A stretch of 64,000 bases of DNA from Naegleria gruberi (Eukaryota). The notes under the pieces were generated by a model, which had not been told where the DNA came from, ran no database searches, and saw only the letters and a list, made by a program, of their open reading frames with translations. The position numbers were made by a program, and so were the translations under genes. Shown here in pieces: positions 8,801-20,431 of the stretch (within the stretch, counting starts at the first letter, position 1; every line of letters starts with the position of its first letter). Where the stretch lies: the NCBI GenBank assembly GCA_000004985.1, contig GG738859.1. One strand, written 5' to 3'.

Positions 8801-9400
8801 TTAATAATCAGTTAAATCTGTTAGAATTGAATCATTATCCAATTCGTCATCTGAATCGTCGTCTTGATTCATTTGTGTTTTACCCAATCTAGATGAAGAC
8901 CTAGTAGATGTATTATTAGCGGAATTGAATGAAACATTATTCATTGATTGAGATAATGGTTGTGAAAATGGATTGGAATAATTGAATGTACCAGTTTGAT
9001 AATATGAATTATTGACTCTACAATTAATATTGAAAATTATACTTGGTTGTTGATGTGCTTGTCCATTCCACAGAGATGAAGAACTCATTTCATTAGAGGA
9101 AGTTGAGGATGTGTTACTACTATTGGAGAATGAGGAAGATTGCACAGAGGATGAATCATTAGAATAATGAGGAACATTACCAGTTCCAGAATTAAAGTAC
9201 ACATGAGCCTCTCTCAGTTCTGGACTCCTCTTTACTTGTTTAGTTTGACTCTTTTCAATACCATCATATTGATTCTCACCTCTCTTTCTCTTATTATTGA
9301 ATGAGGAGGAGTCTTGATCTGTGTCCTTACTTTTGGTCATTTGATTGGTTGTTTTTTTTGATGAAATTCTTAATGAAATTGCTCTCATTAAAAAGTGCAT
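8801..9400 (-). CDS. Ser/Asn-rich low-complexity protein with acidic C-terminus, unknown function
   Basis: 199-aa ORF with long S/N/T runs and a DDDSDDELDND tail. It is tail-to-tail with the DNase gene. The true start may be the internal MTKSKD. Confidence 0.4.
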   Translation of the reverse strand: MHFLMRAISLRISSKKTTNQMTKSKDTDQDSSSFNNKRKRGENQYDGIEKSQTKQVKRSPELREAHVYFNSGTGNVPHYSNDSSSVQSSSFSNSSNTSSTSSNEMSSSSLWNGQAHQQPSIIFNINCRVNNSYYQTGTFNYSNPFSQPLSQSMNNVSFNSANNTSTRSSSRLGKTQMNQDDDSDDELDNDSILTDLTDY

Positions 9401-9675
9401 TGTGTGAAATGTCTTAAAATAACCTTACATCACCAATGAAGATTTACATCAATATCGACCATTGAACAACATCCATACAATTCTAAGATGATTGATTCAA
9501 ATTTATATTCAATACAATCTCCACACAGTTCAAGTTCTTGATTTCCCATTACCACTTGTTTCTCTCAAATTCATTTAAAAGTAATCTTTGGAAGTTTATG
9601 GTCGCATGTTCAATTCTTCCATTTATTCGCTAATTTTTTATTCAATTAAAAATTTCAAAAAAAATGTGAAAAAAA

Positions 9676-10818
9676 ATGTCCTCATCTGTCGGCGCTACTC
9701 TTGAAGCTATCAAATATACTCGTGGATCTTTGGAAATTCTTGACCAATTGCTCATTCCGAAGTCATTTATCTATGAAGTTGTTGATACAACTGAAAAGGC
9801 TTTCCATGCCATTAGAGATATGAAAGTTAGAGGTGCTCCAGCTATTGCCATTGTTGCCGTTTTGACCTTGGCTGTTGAAGCTAACCAACTTTTGCAAAGT
9901 AATGATGCTCTCTTGGCTGATGCTTCTGCTATTGCTAAATTATTTAATGAAAAATTGGATAGATTGGCTGAAAGTAGACCAACCGCTGTCAATTTGTTCC
10001 AAGCTGTTGGTGATTTTAAGAATAAGATTGCTCAATCACTTGAAACTAACAAGACTGGTACCGAAATTGTTCAACTCATCATTGATGAAGCTGAAGCCTT
10101 GATGAATAGAGATATTGAAGAAAATGCTAAAATTAGTGAATGTGGTAGTGATCATATCATTTCAACCAATCCATCGAGCACTACTTTGAAAGTTTTGACT
10201 CACTGTAATACTGGTGCTTTGGCTACTATGAAGTATGGTACCGCATTGGGTGTTATTCGTTTCTTGCAAAAGAAGAATGTTTTGGAACATGCCTTCTGTA
10301 CTGAAACTAGACCATACAATCAAGGTGCTAGACTCACTGCTTTCGAATTGGTCTATGAAAAGATTCCATCTACATTGATTTGTGATTCTGCTGTTAGTTA
10401 CTTGTTCAAGACTAAGAAGATTGATGCTATCATTGTTGGTGCTGATAGAGTTTGTAATAATGGTGATACTGCCAACAAGATTGGTACTTATCATATTGCT
10501 GTTAGTGCTAAACATCACGGAATTCCATTCTATGTTGCTGCTCCATTCACATCTATTGATTTGACTCTTGCTTCTGGTGATTTGATTACCATTGAAGAAA
10601 GAAGTGAAAAGGAAATTACTCACTATAGAAATAATGATGAACGTGCTGTTGTTGAAAATATTGGTGTTTGGAATCCAGGTTTTGATGTCACAACTGCTGA
10701 TTTAATTTCTGGTTTCTTTACTGATATTGGTGTTTTCACTCCATTGACCTGTGCCACTACTGGTAAGAAGTATTACGATTTAAAGACTCAACAAGCTGAA
10801 AAGTTGAAACAACAATAA
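9676..10818 (+). CDS. mtnA: methylthioribose-1-phosphate isomerase (eIF2B-related family, methionine salvage)
   Basis: 380 aa. Hallmark motifs of M1Pi/MRI1: LTHCNTGALAT, CTETRPYNQGARLTAFEL, IVGADRVCNNGDTANKIGTY, IPFYVAAP. Single exon, ATG at 9676. Confidence 0.9.
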   Translation: MSSSVGATLEAIKYTRGSLEILDQLLIPKSFIYEVVDTTEKAFHAIRDMKVRGAPAIAIVAVLTLAVEANQLLQSNDALLADASAIAKLFNEKLDRLAESRPTAVNLFQAVGDFKNKIAQSLETNKTGTEIVQLIIDEAEALMNRDIEENAKISECGSDHIISTNPSSTTLKVLTHCNTGALATMKYGTALGVIRFLQKKNVLEHAFCTETRPYNQGARLTAFELVYEKIPSTLICDSAVSYLFKTKKIDAIIVGADRVCNNGDTANKIGTYHIAVSAKHHGIPFYVAAPFTSIDLTLASGDLITIEERSEKEITHYRNNDERAVVENIGVWNPGFDVTTADLISGFFTDIGVFTPLTCATTGKKYYDLKTQQAEKLKQQ

Positions 10819-10855
10819 ATTATTTTCCTATTTCTTTTTTAATATTCATTCCATT

Positions 10856-10886
10856 ACTTATTATCACTTATTATCACTTATTATCA
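10856..10886. repeat. short tandem repeat (cttattatca x3) in 3' flank of mtnA
   Basis: cttattatcacttattatcacttattatca. Confidence 0.5.
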
Positions 10887-10987
10887 TGATGATGACAAAT
10901 AATTATTAATAATAAAACCGATCATCATTATTTTCTTCATGTTCAATTAATCACCATTAATTTGTTAATAATAATAAATTAAAAAAA

Positions 10988-12799
10988 ATGAATTTTCTTC
11001 AATCCTATGGCAGTGATGATGAAGATAATGTAAATAATCAACCAATACAACAACCTAAGCCATTATCATCAAATAGTAATAACAATAATACTTTTACAGC
11101 AGCACCTAATGTTCCTCTTTCCGATAAGAAACAATACATTCTCCCTAAGGATTCAACATCACTTGTATTTAATCCAAAGTATGATGAATTATATGCACCT
11201 AAAGTAGGACCTAAAAATCCATTTGCCACAAGTGATACAAAATTTGATTCGGGATTCATGTTGAATGGCGAGATTAATTCACATAATATGAATACTTATT
11301 TATTTAATAGTCAATATTATAATTACGATGTTTCAAGACAAGGTAATTTATTACCTGGAGGAAGTGCTGAAAGACCTAATTCATCATCAATTCATGTTGG
11401 ATCATCAGCAAATAAAAATAAGAAGAGGAAACAAGATCAACTGGCATCATATTCATCATCAACAAGTAATAATAAGAATGAAAAATACATTGAATTGAAC
11501 GAGAGTGAAGATGCGGAAATTATTTCTGCTTTTGGTGAGGATGCATTCATAGAGGATGAAACAGCTGAGGAACAACATGAAAATATGATTAATGAAATCA
11601 AGTCTCAACACGAGGAACAAATGGCTAGAAGAAAGGAACAAATTAAAGCCCTTAAAGATCAACAATCTGAAGAACAGGATAAAAAGAAAAAGAAGGAAGA
11701 TTTTGGAAAATTACCTGAAATTGCATTCAATGAGGAAACTGAAAAGAAAACATCAACTGAAGGAAAGGATGGATACAGTATTTACCACTTGTCAACTGAT
11801 GTGGATTATCAAGGAAGATCATTCATTTCACCTCCATCTCATCTCAAACCATGTGAATATACTGAGAAGAAATCAGTTCTTCCAAAGAAGTGTATTCATA
11901 CCTATCGTGGACATCAAGATGGTAAAATGGTCACCTCCATTGAATTTTTTCCAGAATATGGTCATCTCTTATTGAGCGGTTCTATGGATTGTACAGTAAA
12001 GATTTGGGATGTTCTAGGCAATAGGGATTGTGTGAGAACCTACGTAGGTCACACCAAAGCTGTCAGAGCATCATCATTCTCCCACGATGGAGCTCAATTT
12101 GCTTCATGTGCCTATGATAAGAGAGTTAATATTTGGGATACCGAAACTGGTAACATACTTCAAACTTTCACCTCTGGTTCGACACCATACTGTGTCAAGT
12201 GGAGTCCTCTCGAAGGCAGACAACATGAAGTTATTGTAGGGTATTCGAATAATAGAATTGTACAATGGGATACTAGGTCAGGAAAGATTGTTCGTAAATA
12301 TGATAGACATACAGGTTCAGTGAATTCTTTGTGTTTCCTTGATGGTGGTAAAAAGTTTGTTTCTAGCAGTGATGATAAATCAATAAGATTATGGGAATAT
12401 GGTGTACCAACTGAGGTTAAGAAAATTGCAGATCCAGAACAACATCCAATGCCATTCTTGGAAGCTCATCCAAATGGAAAGTGGATGATTGCTCAATCTC
12501 TTGATAATCAAATTTTGACATTTGACGCTCAATCAAGATTGAAACAACAACAAAATAAGATATTCAAGGGACATCAAATTGCTGGTTATTCATGTCAAGC
12601 TGGTTTTTCAAATGATGGAAAGTTTGTTTTCAGTGGAGATTACACAGGAAATGTTTGGTTTTGGGATTGGAAAGAGGCAAAACAAATCAAAAAGATGCAA
12701 TGTCATGAAGGAATTGTCATTGGTAGTATTTGGCATCCACTCGATCGATCTCTATTTGCAACCTGTGGTAGTGATAGTACTATTAAACTCTTCCAATAA
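10988..12799 (+). CDS. PRP17: pre-mRNA-processing factor 17 (PRP17/CDC40), WD40 repeat splicing factor
   Basis: 603 aa. An N/S-rich N-terminal region is followed by seven WD40 repeats. They are collinear with CDC40 (CIHTYRGHQDG, SGSMDCTVKIWDV, CAYDKRVNIWDTETG, YCVKWSP, DKSIRLWEYG, HPNGKWMIAQSLDNQILTF, GSDSTIKLF). Single exon. Confidence 0.9.
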   Translation: MNFLQSYGSDDEDNVNNQPIQQPKPLSSNSNNNNTFTAAPNVPLSDKKQYILPKDSTSLVFNPKYDELYAPKVGPKNPFATSDTKFDSGFMLNGEINSHNMNTYLFNSQYYNYDVSRQGNLLPGGSAERPNSSSIHVGSSANKNKKRKQDQLASYSSSTSNNKNEKYIELNESEDAEIISAFGEDAFIEDETAEEQHENMINEIKSQHEEQMARRKEQIKALKDQQSEEQDKKKKKEDFGKLPEIAFNEETEKKTSTEGKDGYSIYHLSTDVDYQGRSFISPPSHLKPCEYTEKKSVLPKKCIHTYRGHQDGKMVTSIEFFPEYGHLLLSGSMDCTVKIWDVLGNRDCVRTYVGHTKAVRASSFSHDGAQFASCAYDKRVNIWDTETGNILQTFTSGSTPYCVKWSPLEGRQHEVIVGYSNNRIVQWDTRSGKIVRKYDRHTGSVNSLCFLDGGKKFVSSSDDKSIRLWEYGVPTEVKKIADPEQHPMPFLEAHPNGKWMIAQSLDNQILTFDAQSRLKQQQNKIFKGHQIAGYSCQAGFSNDGKFVFSGDYTGNVWFWDWKEAKQIKKMQCHEGIVIGSIWHPLDRSLFATCGSDSTIKLFQ

Positions 12800-13327
12800 A
12801 CTCGAACAAAATAATTTCAATCTTAATTTATTCTAAACAGAAATATTATAATTCATCTTTCTAATAATATTTAATGAACAGGAAAGAGGGCTATTTTAAC
12901 ATGTTTTGGGAAGGTGTTTAAGTAACTTGTAAACTGTAAGGTGATTAAGGTATCTCACAATAGTTGTCAAGATCCAAAAGAGGATCATGTAGTTGTTATT
13001 TGTAACTTTACAAAAATTATCAGTCAGCACATTTAAGGTCTCCACACGAGGAGTTGGAGATGATTACAATCTAATGTGATAGTTCCTTTAATGAAACTTC
13101 CCAACATGATTTCAAATAATTTCAAATTACATGCCAAAGTGAATTAAAGTCAAAAGACAATACCATTCCAACAACATAAACACTATAATCCACTTTCTCC
13201 TTCGCCTCTTCCTTCAAGTCCTTCCTAATTGACCTCTCCAATATCTTCATTATCTTCAAAAATTAAACTCCTTAGGAAATTTCAATCACCTCAAGGATAT
13301 TTTTACATTTCCAAAACTATTAAAAAA

Positions 13328-13980
13328 ATGAACAAAATTCTTGTTGGTTTGGTTGTTGTGTTGATGATTGCTGTTGCTTCAGTTAGCGCATTGCGTCCTC
13401 TCAAGTTTGCTCCGGTTGCTCCTGCCAGAGCATTGCCAGCTAATGTATTGGCTTTTATTGAAGGCTTTGCTTTGGGTGTTGAAGCTGATAGTATGTAGAT
13501 CTTTGATTCGGATTTTTAAATAATGATATTATTCTGTTACTGATATCTCCATCTCGATTTCATATATTTTCACTACAACTTGTAGTTGGTAATGTTACCC
13601 TCTGTACTCAAGATGCTAATATTGCTTTGGGTGATTTTGAAAATGCCTTCTACTCATTGGAAAATGGTATGAAGAGATTGTCACCAAAGTTGATTGAAAC
13701 TGGTTTGAAGGAATTCGGTGCTGGTGTTCAAGAAGTTGCTATTGCTTTGAAGGCATGTAATGTTAATGAAATTGTTGCTAGAATTGAAGAAATTGCCAAG
13801 GAACTCCAATCAGGTCCTGGAGGAATTGTTAAGGTTATTGTCCATGAAATTGTCAACATTTTCCATAATGGTCGTGATATTGCTAGTGAATTCAAGAAGG
13901 CTATTTCTTTCTGGAAGCTCCAAAAGTGGGAATTGTGCGGTGTTCAAGTTGGTAAGATTGTTGGTATTTTGTTGGAATAA
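13328..13980 (+). CDS. small secreted protein (signal peptide), unknown function; two exons
   Basis: Exon 1 is 13328..13490 (MNKILVGLVVVLMIAVASVSA..., phase-1 donor GTATGT). The intron is 13491..13585 (95 nt, ends TTGTAG). Exon 2 is 13586..13980 in frame (IGNVTLCTQDANIALGDFENAFY...ILLE*). About 186 aa. Confidence 0.55.
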
Positions 13981-14110
13981 ATTGAACTCAGTTCAGTAAA
14001 TATTTTTTAAATTATTAATAGTTAATATGATTTTTACTGAAAATTGGAGAAATTGAATAAGGTCAATATCTTTTCAAACTTCATAAAGTGAGCAGCTCAA
14101 TCTCAATACT

Positions 14111-15738
14111 TCACATCACGAATTCTCTATTGCTTGTTAACTCTTCTGAAACAGACTACAAAGAACCCATCTATTATCATAATGTTAAACCACATATGTT
14201 ACAACTACAATACTTACTTGTCTTATCTCTCTTTGGATCAACTCTGACACACTTGTCGCCTACAGGTGAGCTTTCCAATCCTCTATGTTCCCATTCTGGG
14301 AAGGTATGAACAACTTCAAATGCTCCATTCGATGCCTTTAATCCCATCTCTGTGACACATTCATTTTCTTCCTCACAAACTGAGCAGGTAGAGTATGAAA
14401 TAAATTGAACATTAGGGACTGTTTTTGAAATTGTGAATCAATAATTATTACTCATAGAGAAACTTACAATTAAAGCAATGAGTAAGCAATTTGAGCTGGA
14501 ATTGTTGCAAACTGAGAAGACGTTCCTTCTTGATTGAATTTCCGTGACCAATACCACTACCAGAGCATGATGGATCCAACATGATAGCCTTGACATTCTT
14601 GAATTTTGGATCTGATGGATTTGTTTGTAAAAAGTCATCCAATTTACATTCTACGTTGCTAGCTCCAGCCAAAACCATTCTATTCTTCAATGTTTCGTAT
14701 CTATTCTTATTTCTCTCATATGCATAAATTTGATTAGAAGGGAAAAGAGCTGCCAAATAACATGTCTTATTTCCAGGAGCAGAACATGCATCAATTAAAC
14801 AATCATTCTTTCCAAGCTTTCCTCCCAATTCTTTATGAATCAAAAATGGTGGGAAACACGACGATTTATCTTGAGCAATGATTTCATAAGATTTTATCAT
14901 TTCCAAATCATGAAGTGTAACATTGGAAGGATATAATGCAAGTACATCATTAGTCAAGTGGTTATCTTCAACAATTGATTTTTCATTCTTATCAAAATCA
15001 TCAGTTTTATCCAATCCAACTGGTCTATATTCATATCCGAGTTCAGAGAATTTGTTAATTACTTCTTCCTTTGTTGTTTTAAGGGTATTCACTCTAACAT
15101 ATCTAATAAGTTCAATTTCTGGATTATCATGTTGATGTGTCTTTGATTTGGCATATTTTGGATCAACAAAACCTTCATTTGTGGTATATCCTAATTTCTT
15201 CTTTTCCTTATCCAAGAGTGATTTCCAAGTTGCATATTCAGTTCTTCCAAGTTTAAACAAATCACTATTCTAATTTAGCACACTACTAATAACACAATTT
15301 AAAACATACAAATTAATCTTATCATAACGTTTCCACAATTCCTCAATACTAGTAGAGTCACCACTCTTTTCTCCAAACAAGGCTTCAAACATGATAATTC
15401 TGAGCATTCCTTGATCCTTCTTTAAACTTGGTTTCTTTTTAAACAATCCACTCTCAGCAATAATCTTGTCAATAATTTTATGGTCTATTCCGATCATGTG
15501 ATGATATCATATTCAATTATATCAAACAATTATTATTAAAATTAAAACCAATCAGACACTCACATTTTAAAACTTCAATTCCCAAAGCAAAGGTCATTCC
15601 TTTCGACATGATAGAATTATTATTAAATGTTAAAGTTTGAATATTTCCATGTCCGGCCAGACATTTCTGAGTAATTCCCTCAACCTGACGATAGACTTTG
15701 AACAATTGTCCAGGCGACATGCGATTCTTCTTTGGCAT
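14111..15738 (-). CDS. NSUN5: NOL1/NOP2/Sun-family RNA (cytosine-5)-methyltransferase, NSUN5/Rcm1-like
   Basis: Multi-exon model on the minus strand. Exon 15564..15738 (MPKKNRMSPGQ...) has a GTGAGT donor. Exon 15306..15484. A putative 36-nt in-frame GT..AG intron spans 15270..15305. Exon 14468..15269 carries RYVRVNTLKT, DACSAPGNKT and LDPSCSGSG. A 49-nt intron spans 14419..14467. Exon 14218..14418 carries motif VI (YSTCSVCEEENE). The terminal exon is uncertain and ends near 14111-14129. Confidence 0.75.
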
Positions 15739-16097
15739 TTTGTTTTTTTTCTCAAAGTTTTATTTTACCTTTTTATTTGAACATCATCATGACGAATATT
15801 GAATTCAGTTGATGATTATTTATTATATTTAATTATGAATTGGGAATGGCATAATATTGAGTTGTAATATGGATAATTATTGATAACAATTACTATTATT
15901 AAAAACAAGCTTGTTTAATTTTTCTAATAATTAGATAGCTTTCGGACAACAAGAATGGACATGAATATACCTTTTATTCATCCTCCTAGTCCTCCTTTAT
16001 TCGAACAATCACGTCATTATCACATACAAACCCTTCACCACCATCATCAAATTCTTCCATCACACATATCTTCTTGTTATCAAGAAAAAGAATAAAA

Positions 16098-17353
16098 ATG
16101 AGTGGAACACCAACATTGAGTGAGCTGACGAGAAGTTTAAAATCAACCTCACTCTCTCAACACACCACTCCAAATAATAATGGCAATTTGGACTCTTCAA
16201 CACTATCAACAACATCATCGACCACTTCCATGATGAATGGTAGAGAGGAACATAAATTTCAGAGAATAATTATTATTCATTCAAAGACTGGTGTTTCGAT
16301 ATTTGATTATTGTTTTCCGGGAGCTTGGAATGCCAAGAAGGCAGATATTGGAGGTTTTTTGGCATCTTGTTATCAATTTGATGCAACTGTTAAAGGTGGA
16401 GGTAAGTTTTCATTGTAGTAATAGATCTCTCTTATTTATTATTATCATTAACTACAATCCATTATCATACTTACTTTTAATCACATCTATTATTAACTAT
16501 TATCATTATGAAATTAATTCATAATGTTGGATAATATATATTGTATAATGATGATCTTTTCCATCAATTAGGAATTAGAAAAATAGTATTTCAACCACCA
16601 AGTGAAAGTCAAACATCTTCCCAATCAACAAGTGGTAGAATCATTCGTCAAGCTTCGGGTACATCAACAACAACACCTGGGCTCAATCTTATAGGAGCTA
16701 GTGGAGGAAGCAAATTTAGAACCATTACACCAACACCAACTCTAGGTAATCAAACTGTTACAACTTCAAATCCAACCACACCAACATCACATCATTCAAA
16801 AACAAACAGTGCCAGTAGCATGAATATTCTATCAGGATTTAATACAATTAGAAGACGAAGTGTTCATCATCGTTCAAAACGTAATAGAAGAGCATGTCTG
16901 AATTTAAGTGATCCTATGGGTTCTAATTCTTCGAATTTAATGTACATAGTTTTTGGTCATCCAAATGATCCCATCTCTCCAACTCTCTCCAGTAGTAATT
17001 CATCAAGCCATGTAAATAATTCACAAACTTCTATAGATCCAGTGTGTCTGTGTGCAGTTTGTTTTGAAGGAGGTTCAGATGAATTGTGGACAGAAATTAC
17101 TAAAGCATTTGCTTGTGAATGTGTGAGAGAATTCTGTACACTTTACAAGGATATATTGGAAAAGCACAAGAAGAATTTTGAAAAACTCAAATCAGAAGCT
17201 AACAGAGATGATGAACTCGAAAGACAAATTGTGGAGGAATTTCAAATATATGAAGTAATAATGAACAAGACCAAACAAAAAGTATTGGATGCCTTCTCAT
17301 CTCGTATTGCAGAATCAGTCAAATTACAAAATAGCAAATTTAGTGACATGTAA
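16098..17353 (+). CDS. two-exon protein with N-terminal longin/roadblock-like fold and Ser/Thr-rich middle; function unknown
   Basis: Exon 1 is 16098..16401 (MSGTPTLSEL...QRIIIIHSKTGVSIFDYCFPGAWNAKKADIGGFLASCYQFDATVKGG). The intron is 16402..16571 (GTAAGT...AATTAG). Exon 2 is 16572..17353 in frame (GIRKIVFQPP...). The C-terminal region is Cys-containing and coiled-coil. Confidence 0.5.
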
Positions 17354-17365
17354 CTTATATTTAAT

Positions 17366-18988
17366 TTATTTAACACTATGGTATTTCAAGATGAATTGAG
17401 AAACTCTAGCTTTGTTTTCCAACTTTTTACGGTAGGCAATTAACAAATCTACCAAATCTTCAGCATCAGTATCAGATTGATCAGGCAGTAGTTTTCTCTT
17501 CTCTTTCTCGTAAAATCTAATTTCCCTTTCTGTATATTCCTTCATTATCAAACTGCTGAAATTTGAATAAATCTGATTAATGCTTTGTGCGTCATTCAAT
17601 GCAATTATTCCATAAATTCTATTAATGATATTATTGTCAGATCCACAGGAAAGATACATTTCACTATTGCTCTTTTTGATTTCTAAAAGGGTTTGTTTGG
17701 GAATGAGTTGTGAGATTGGATAATCCTTCATTTTCGAATTGAATAATAACCATGGAAAGAGTAAATTCTTTCTATCAATAGGAGGTGTATATTTCGTACT
17801 AGTGTTCGAATAATCAAGCCATGGAATAAAATAGTGGCGAGACAAATGGCCAATACTTTCGAGAGTGAGAGGAATATTTGGTGGGTTTGTTACAATTTTG
17901 GGATAGGTTGCATGCCTTATTCGAGATGGAATTTCACTGAATTGATCCAGATTATCTATTTCTTGTTGAACGATGACATAGTCAACTGCTCTAAGATATT
18001 TTAAATATTGCTCTTTGAAAGTTTGGGAAAATAGAGGATGAAATTCTTTTTTCACTTTCTTCTTTTTTTCCTTAAGGCTGAGGAGTCTCCTTATTTCATA
18101 CAGAACCATGTCAATGGTGAGTGTAATTTGTTCATCCTCTCCGCATAATTGTCTATAGAAATCATTGGCTTGTTCCTCTGTTTGAATATATCCAAACGTC
18201 GCCTCTTTTAAATTATCGGAAAGAGATTTTTCATTGAGAAACGGTCTCAATGGCCCTTGGAGTAGATTCTGAACGAATGGTTTTACATCCTCCTGAATTC
18301 TCAAATGAAAAGAAGATATCATTGCCTTACTTCTTGCAATATTTCGTTCTCTCCTCAACGGGTCAATATGCTCAGAATTTTCCACTCGGAGTGGTAACTC
18401 TGTATCCTCACTCGAAAAACATTCAAATCCCTCATCATCCTTTTCAATGTGTAAATTTTCATTCTTATGTTTGTAAAATGTGTTAAATTTTGGCAAATAG
18501 AGAGGGACATATTCAGAGGAATTTTCGTCATTCATCGAAATTTGATTAGAATCAACATTAGATTTTCCCTTCCTCGTTTTCTTTCCCTTGAATGGTTCTA
18601 CAAATTCCTGATTAAATATAAAATCTTCCAATTCTTCCCAATTATTCTTCTCATTCCCTCCTCCCAAATTATAATTTCCATTATTATTCATTACATTTGT
18701 TTGTTCCGAGAAAATTCTACTTTGAAACTTGGCAATCCGTTCATCATACAAAAACGAAATTAAATTATCAATTCTCTCCTCTTGCAACTTTTCCATTTCA
18801 TCACTATTATTTACTTTATTTGCCTTATCATTATTACTAATATTATTATCATTATTAATATCGAAAAGAGAATCAACGAGAAATTTCGGAAGAATTTGTT
18901 CTAATCGTAATCTGTGTGCAGAAGACAACGTTCCGGATATCATTTCATTTTTTCTTATTGTTTTTTGTAATCTAATCCAAAAACTCAA
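17366..18988 (-). CDS. hypothetical protein (540 aa), no recognisable domain
   Basis: Long uninterrupted ORF with N-rich tracts. It is tail-to-tail with the preceding gene. Confidence 0.5.
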   Translation of the reverse strand: MSFWIRLQKTIRKNEMISGTLSSAHRLRLEQILPKFLVDSLFDINNDNNISNNDKANKVNNSDEMEKLQEERIDNLISFLYDERIAKFQSRIFSEQTNVMNNNGNYNLGGGNEKNNWEELEDFIFNQEFVEPFKGKKTRKGKSNVDSNQISMNDENSSEYVPLYLPKFNTFYKHKNENLHIEKDDEGFECFSSEDTELPLRVENSEHIDPLRRERNIARSKAMISSFHLRIQEDVKPFVQNLLQGPLRPFLNEKSLSDNLKEATFGYIQTEEQANDFYRQLCGEDEQITLTIDMVLYEIRRLLSLKEKKKKVKKEFHPLFSQTFKEQYLKYLRAVDYVIVQQEIDNLDQFSEIPSRIRHATYPKIVTNPPNIPLTLESIGHLSRHYFIPWLDYSNTSTKYTPPIDRKNLLFPWLLFNSKMKDYPISQLIPKQTLLEIKKSNSEMYLSCGSDNNIINRIYGIIALNDAQSINQIYSNFSSLIMKEYTEREIRFYEKEKRKLLPDQSDTDAEDLVDLLIAYRKKLENKARVSQFILKYHSVK

Positions 18989-19098
18989 ACAACCATATGA
19001 TATTCTTTTCTCTCAAATAATACTAACAACTATTGAAATATGATGAAGTTGGAACACAAACGAATTCTCAACCAATTGAAAACAAATATCCTAAAAAA

Positions 19099-20219
19099 AT
19101 GTTACAATGCTTTACTGATTGCGCTCAAAATAATTCATCATCATCAAATAATAATTCGGTGGACAAGAACAGTAAATATCAAGAGGATATTGAATTTTCC
19201 AAACAAGAGCTGAATCATGGAATTGAAGTTCTTGCAGAGAAGATTCGGAATATTGATGATCATTCGATTGTGGTTTTGACTGGAGCTGGTAGGTATTATT
19301 TATGATTTTAAATTGTTTCATGTTGGCTGACAATGGATGATTGGATTAGGATTGTCGACTGCTAGTGGAATTCCAGATTTTAGGTAAGTTTCGGGTAATT
19401 GTTTTTGAAATAATTAAGAAATGTAGAACTCCTGGAAAGGGATTGTTTGTGAATGGAAGTTTAGAGAAATTTAATCTTCCTGATCCAATGGCTATATTCG
19501 ATTCTGATTATTTTCAAACTAATCCTGAACCATTCTTTGAATTAACCAGAGATTTCGTCACCACAGGATATAAACCATCCAAAGCTCACTATTTCCTCAA
19601 GTTATTAGAAAAGAAAAACAAGTTACTGAGATTATACACTCAAAATATCGATGGATTAGAAACTAAATCAGGAATATCTAAAGAATTACTTGTGAATTGT
19701 CATGGCATGTATGATACAGCCAAATGCCAACATTGTAAAAAGGAATATCTTCTTCCAACAGTGATTGAAAAACTGGGAACTGACAAGGATGTCAAAATTC
19801 CAAAATGTGACGATTGTGGAAATGTAATCAAGCCAGATATTGTGATGTATTCAGATGATTTACCAGAAAAATACTTTTCATGTTTAAAAGATGATTTGAA
19901 AACAACTCCTAAATGTCAACTCTTCATTTGTATTGGAACTAGTTTATCTGTCATGCCAGTCTGTCGAATGCCATACTTTATACCAGAAGGAGCCACTCGA
20001 GTTTTAATCAATCGTGAAAGATGTGGTGTTTTTACACATATCAAATCACCAGTGAGAGAAATTCATGAAAAGCACAAACATTTAGATTTATTTCTTGGTG
20101 GGAAAACAATGACAATTGACCAGGCTATTGAAAAATTAGCAAAAGCTTTGGGGTGGAAATCTGAATTGAATGCTCTTGTAAAGAAAGGACCTATCGATTT
20201 ATTAAAACAATCTCAATAG
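19099..20219 (+). CDS. NAD-dependent protein deacetylase, sirtuin (SIRT2-like class I)
   Basis: Three exons. Exon 1 runs from ATG 19099 (MLQCF..., 5' end uncertain) to 19288 (...VVLTGAG). The first intron is 19289..19349. The 34-nt exon 2 is 19350..19383 (GLSTASGIPDFR). The second intron is 19384..19426 (43 nt). Exon 3 is 19427..20219 (TPGKGLF...YTQNIDGLE...CQHCKKEY...CDDCGNVIKPDIVMY...). The GAGxSxxxGIPDFR and QNIDxLE motifs and the zinc-binding CxxC...CxxC module are all present. Confidence 0.85.
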
Positions 20220-20431
20220 ATTTTATTGTAAACATCAAACTCTAAGAAACCAAGCAATAAAAATCTCTCTCTTTTCAAAAACATTCACAACAATACATGT
20301 CGAAAAGCAGAAAAGGTCTTGATAAGCAGAAAACTTCATTCGAGAGACAATATTAACTCCACTTCATCATCATCAGTAACAATTTTTTATTAAGAAGAAT
20401 TTCAATGATGGAAATTTACAGTTAGAAAAAA

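Noticed and set aside
14088-14309. 73-aa + strand ORF treated as an independent gene
   Set aside because: It lies antisense to the 3' terminal exons of the NSUN5-like gene, which carry the conserved YSTCS/ENE motif on the minus strand.
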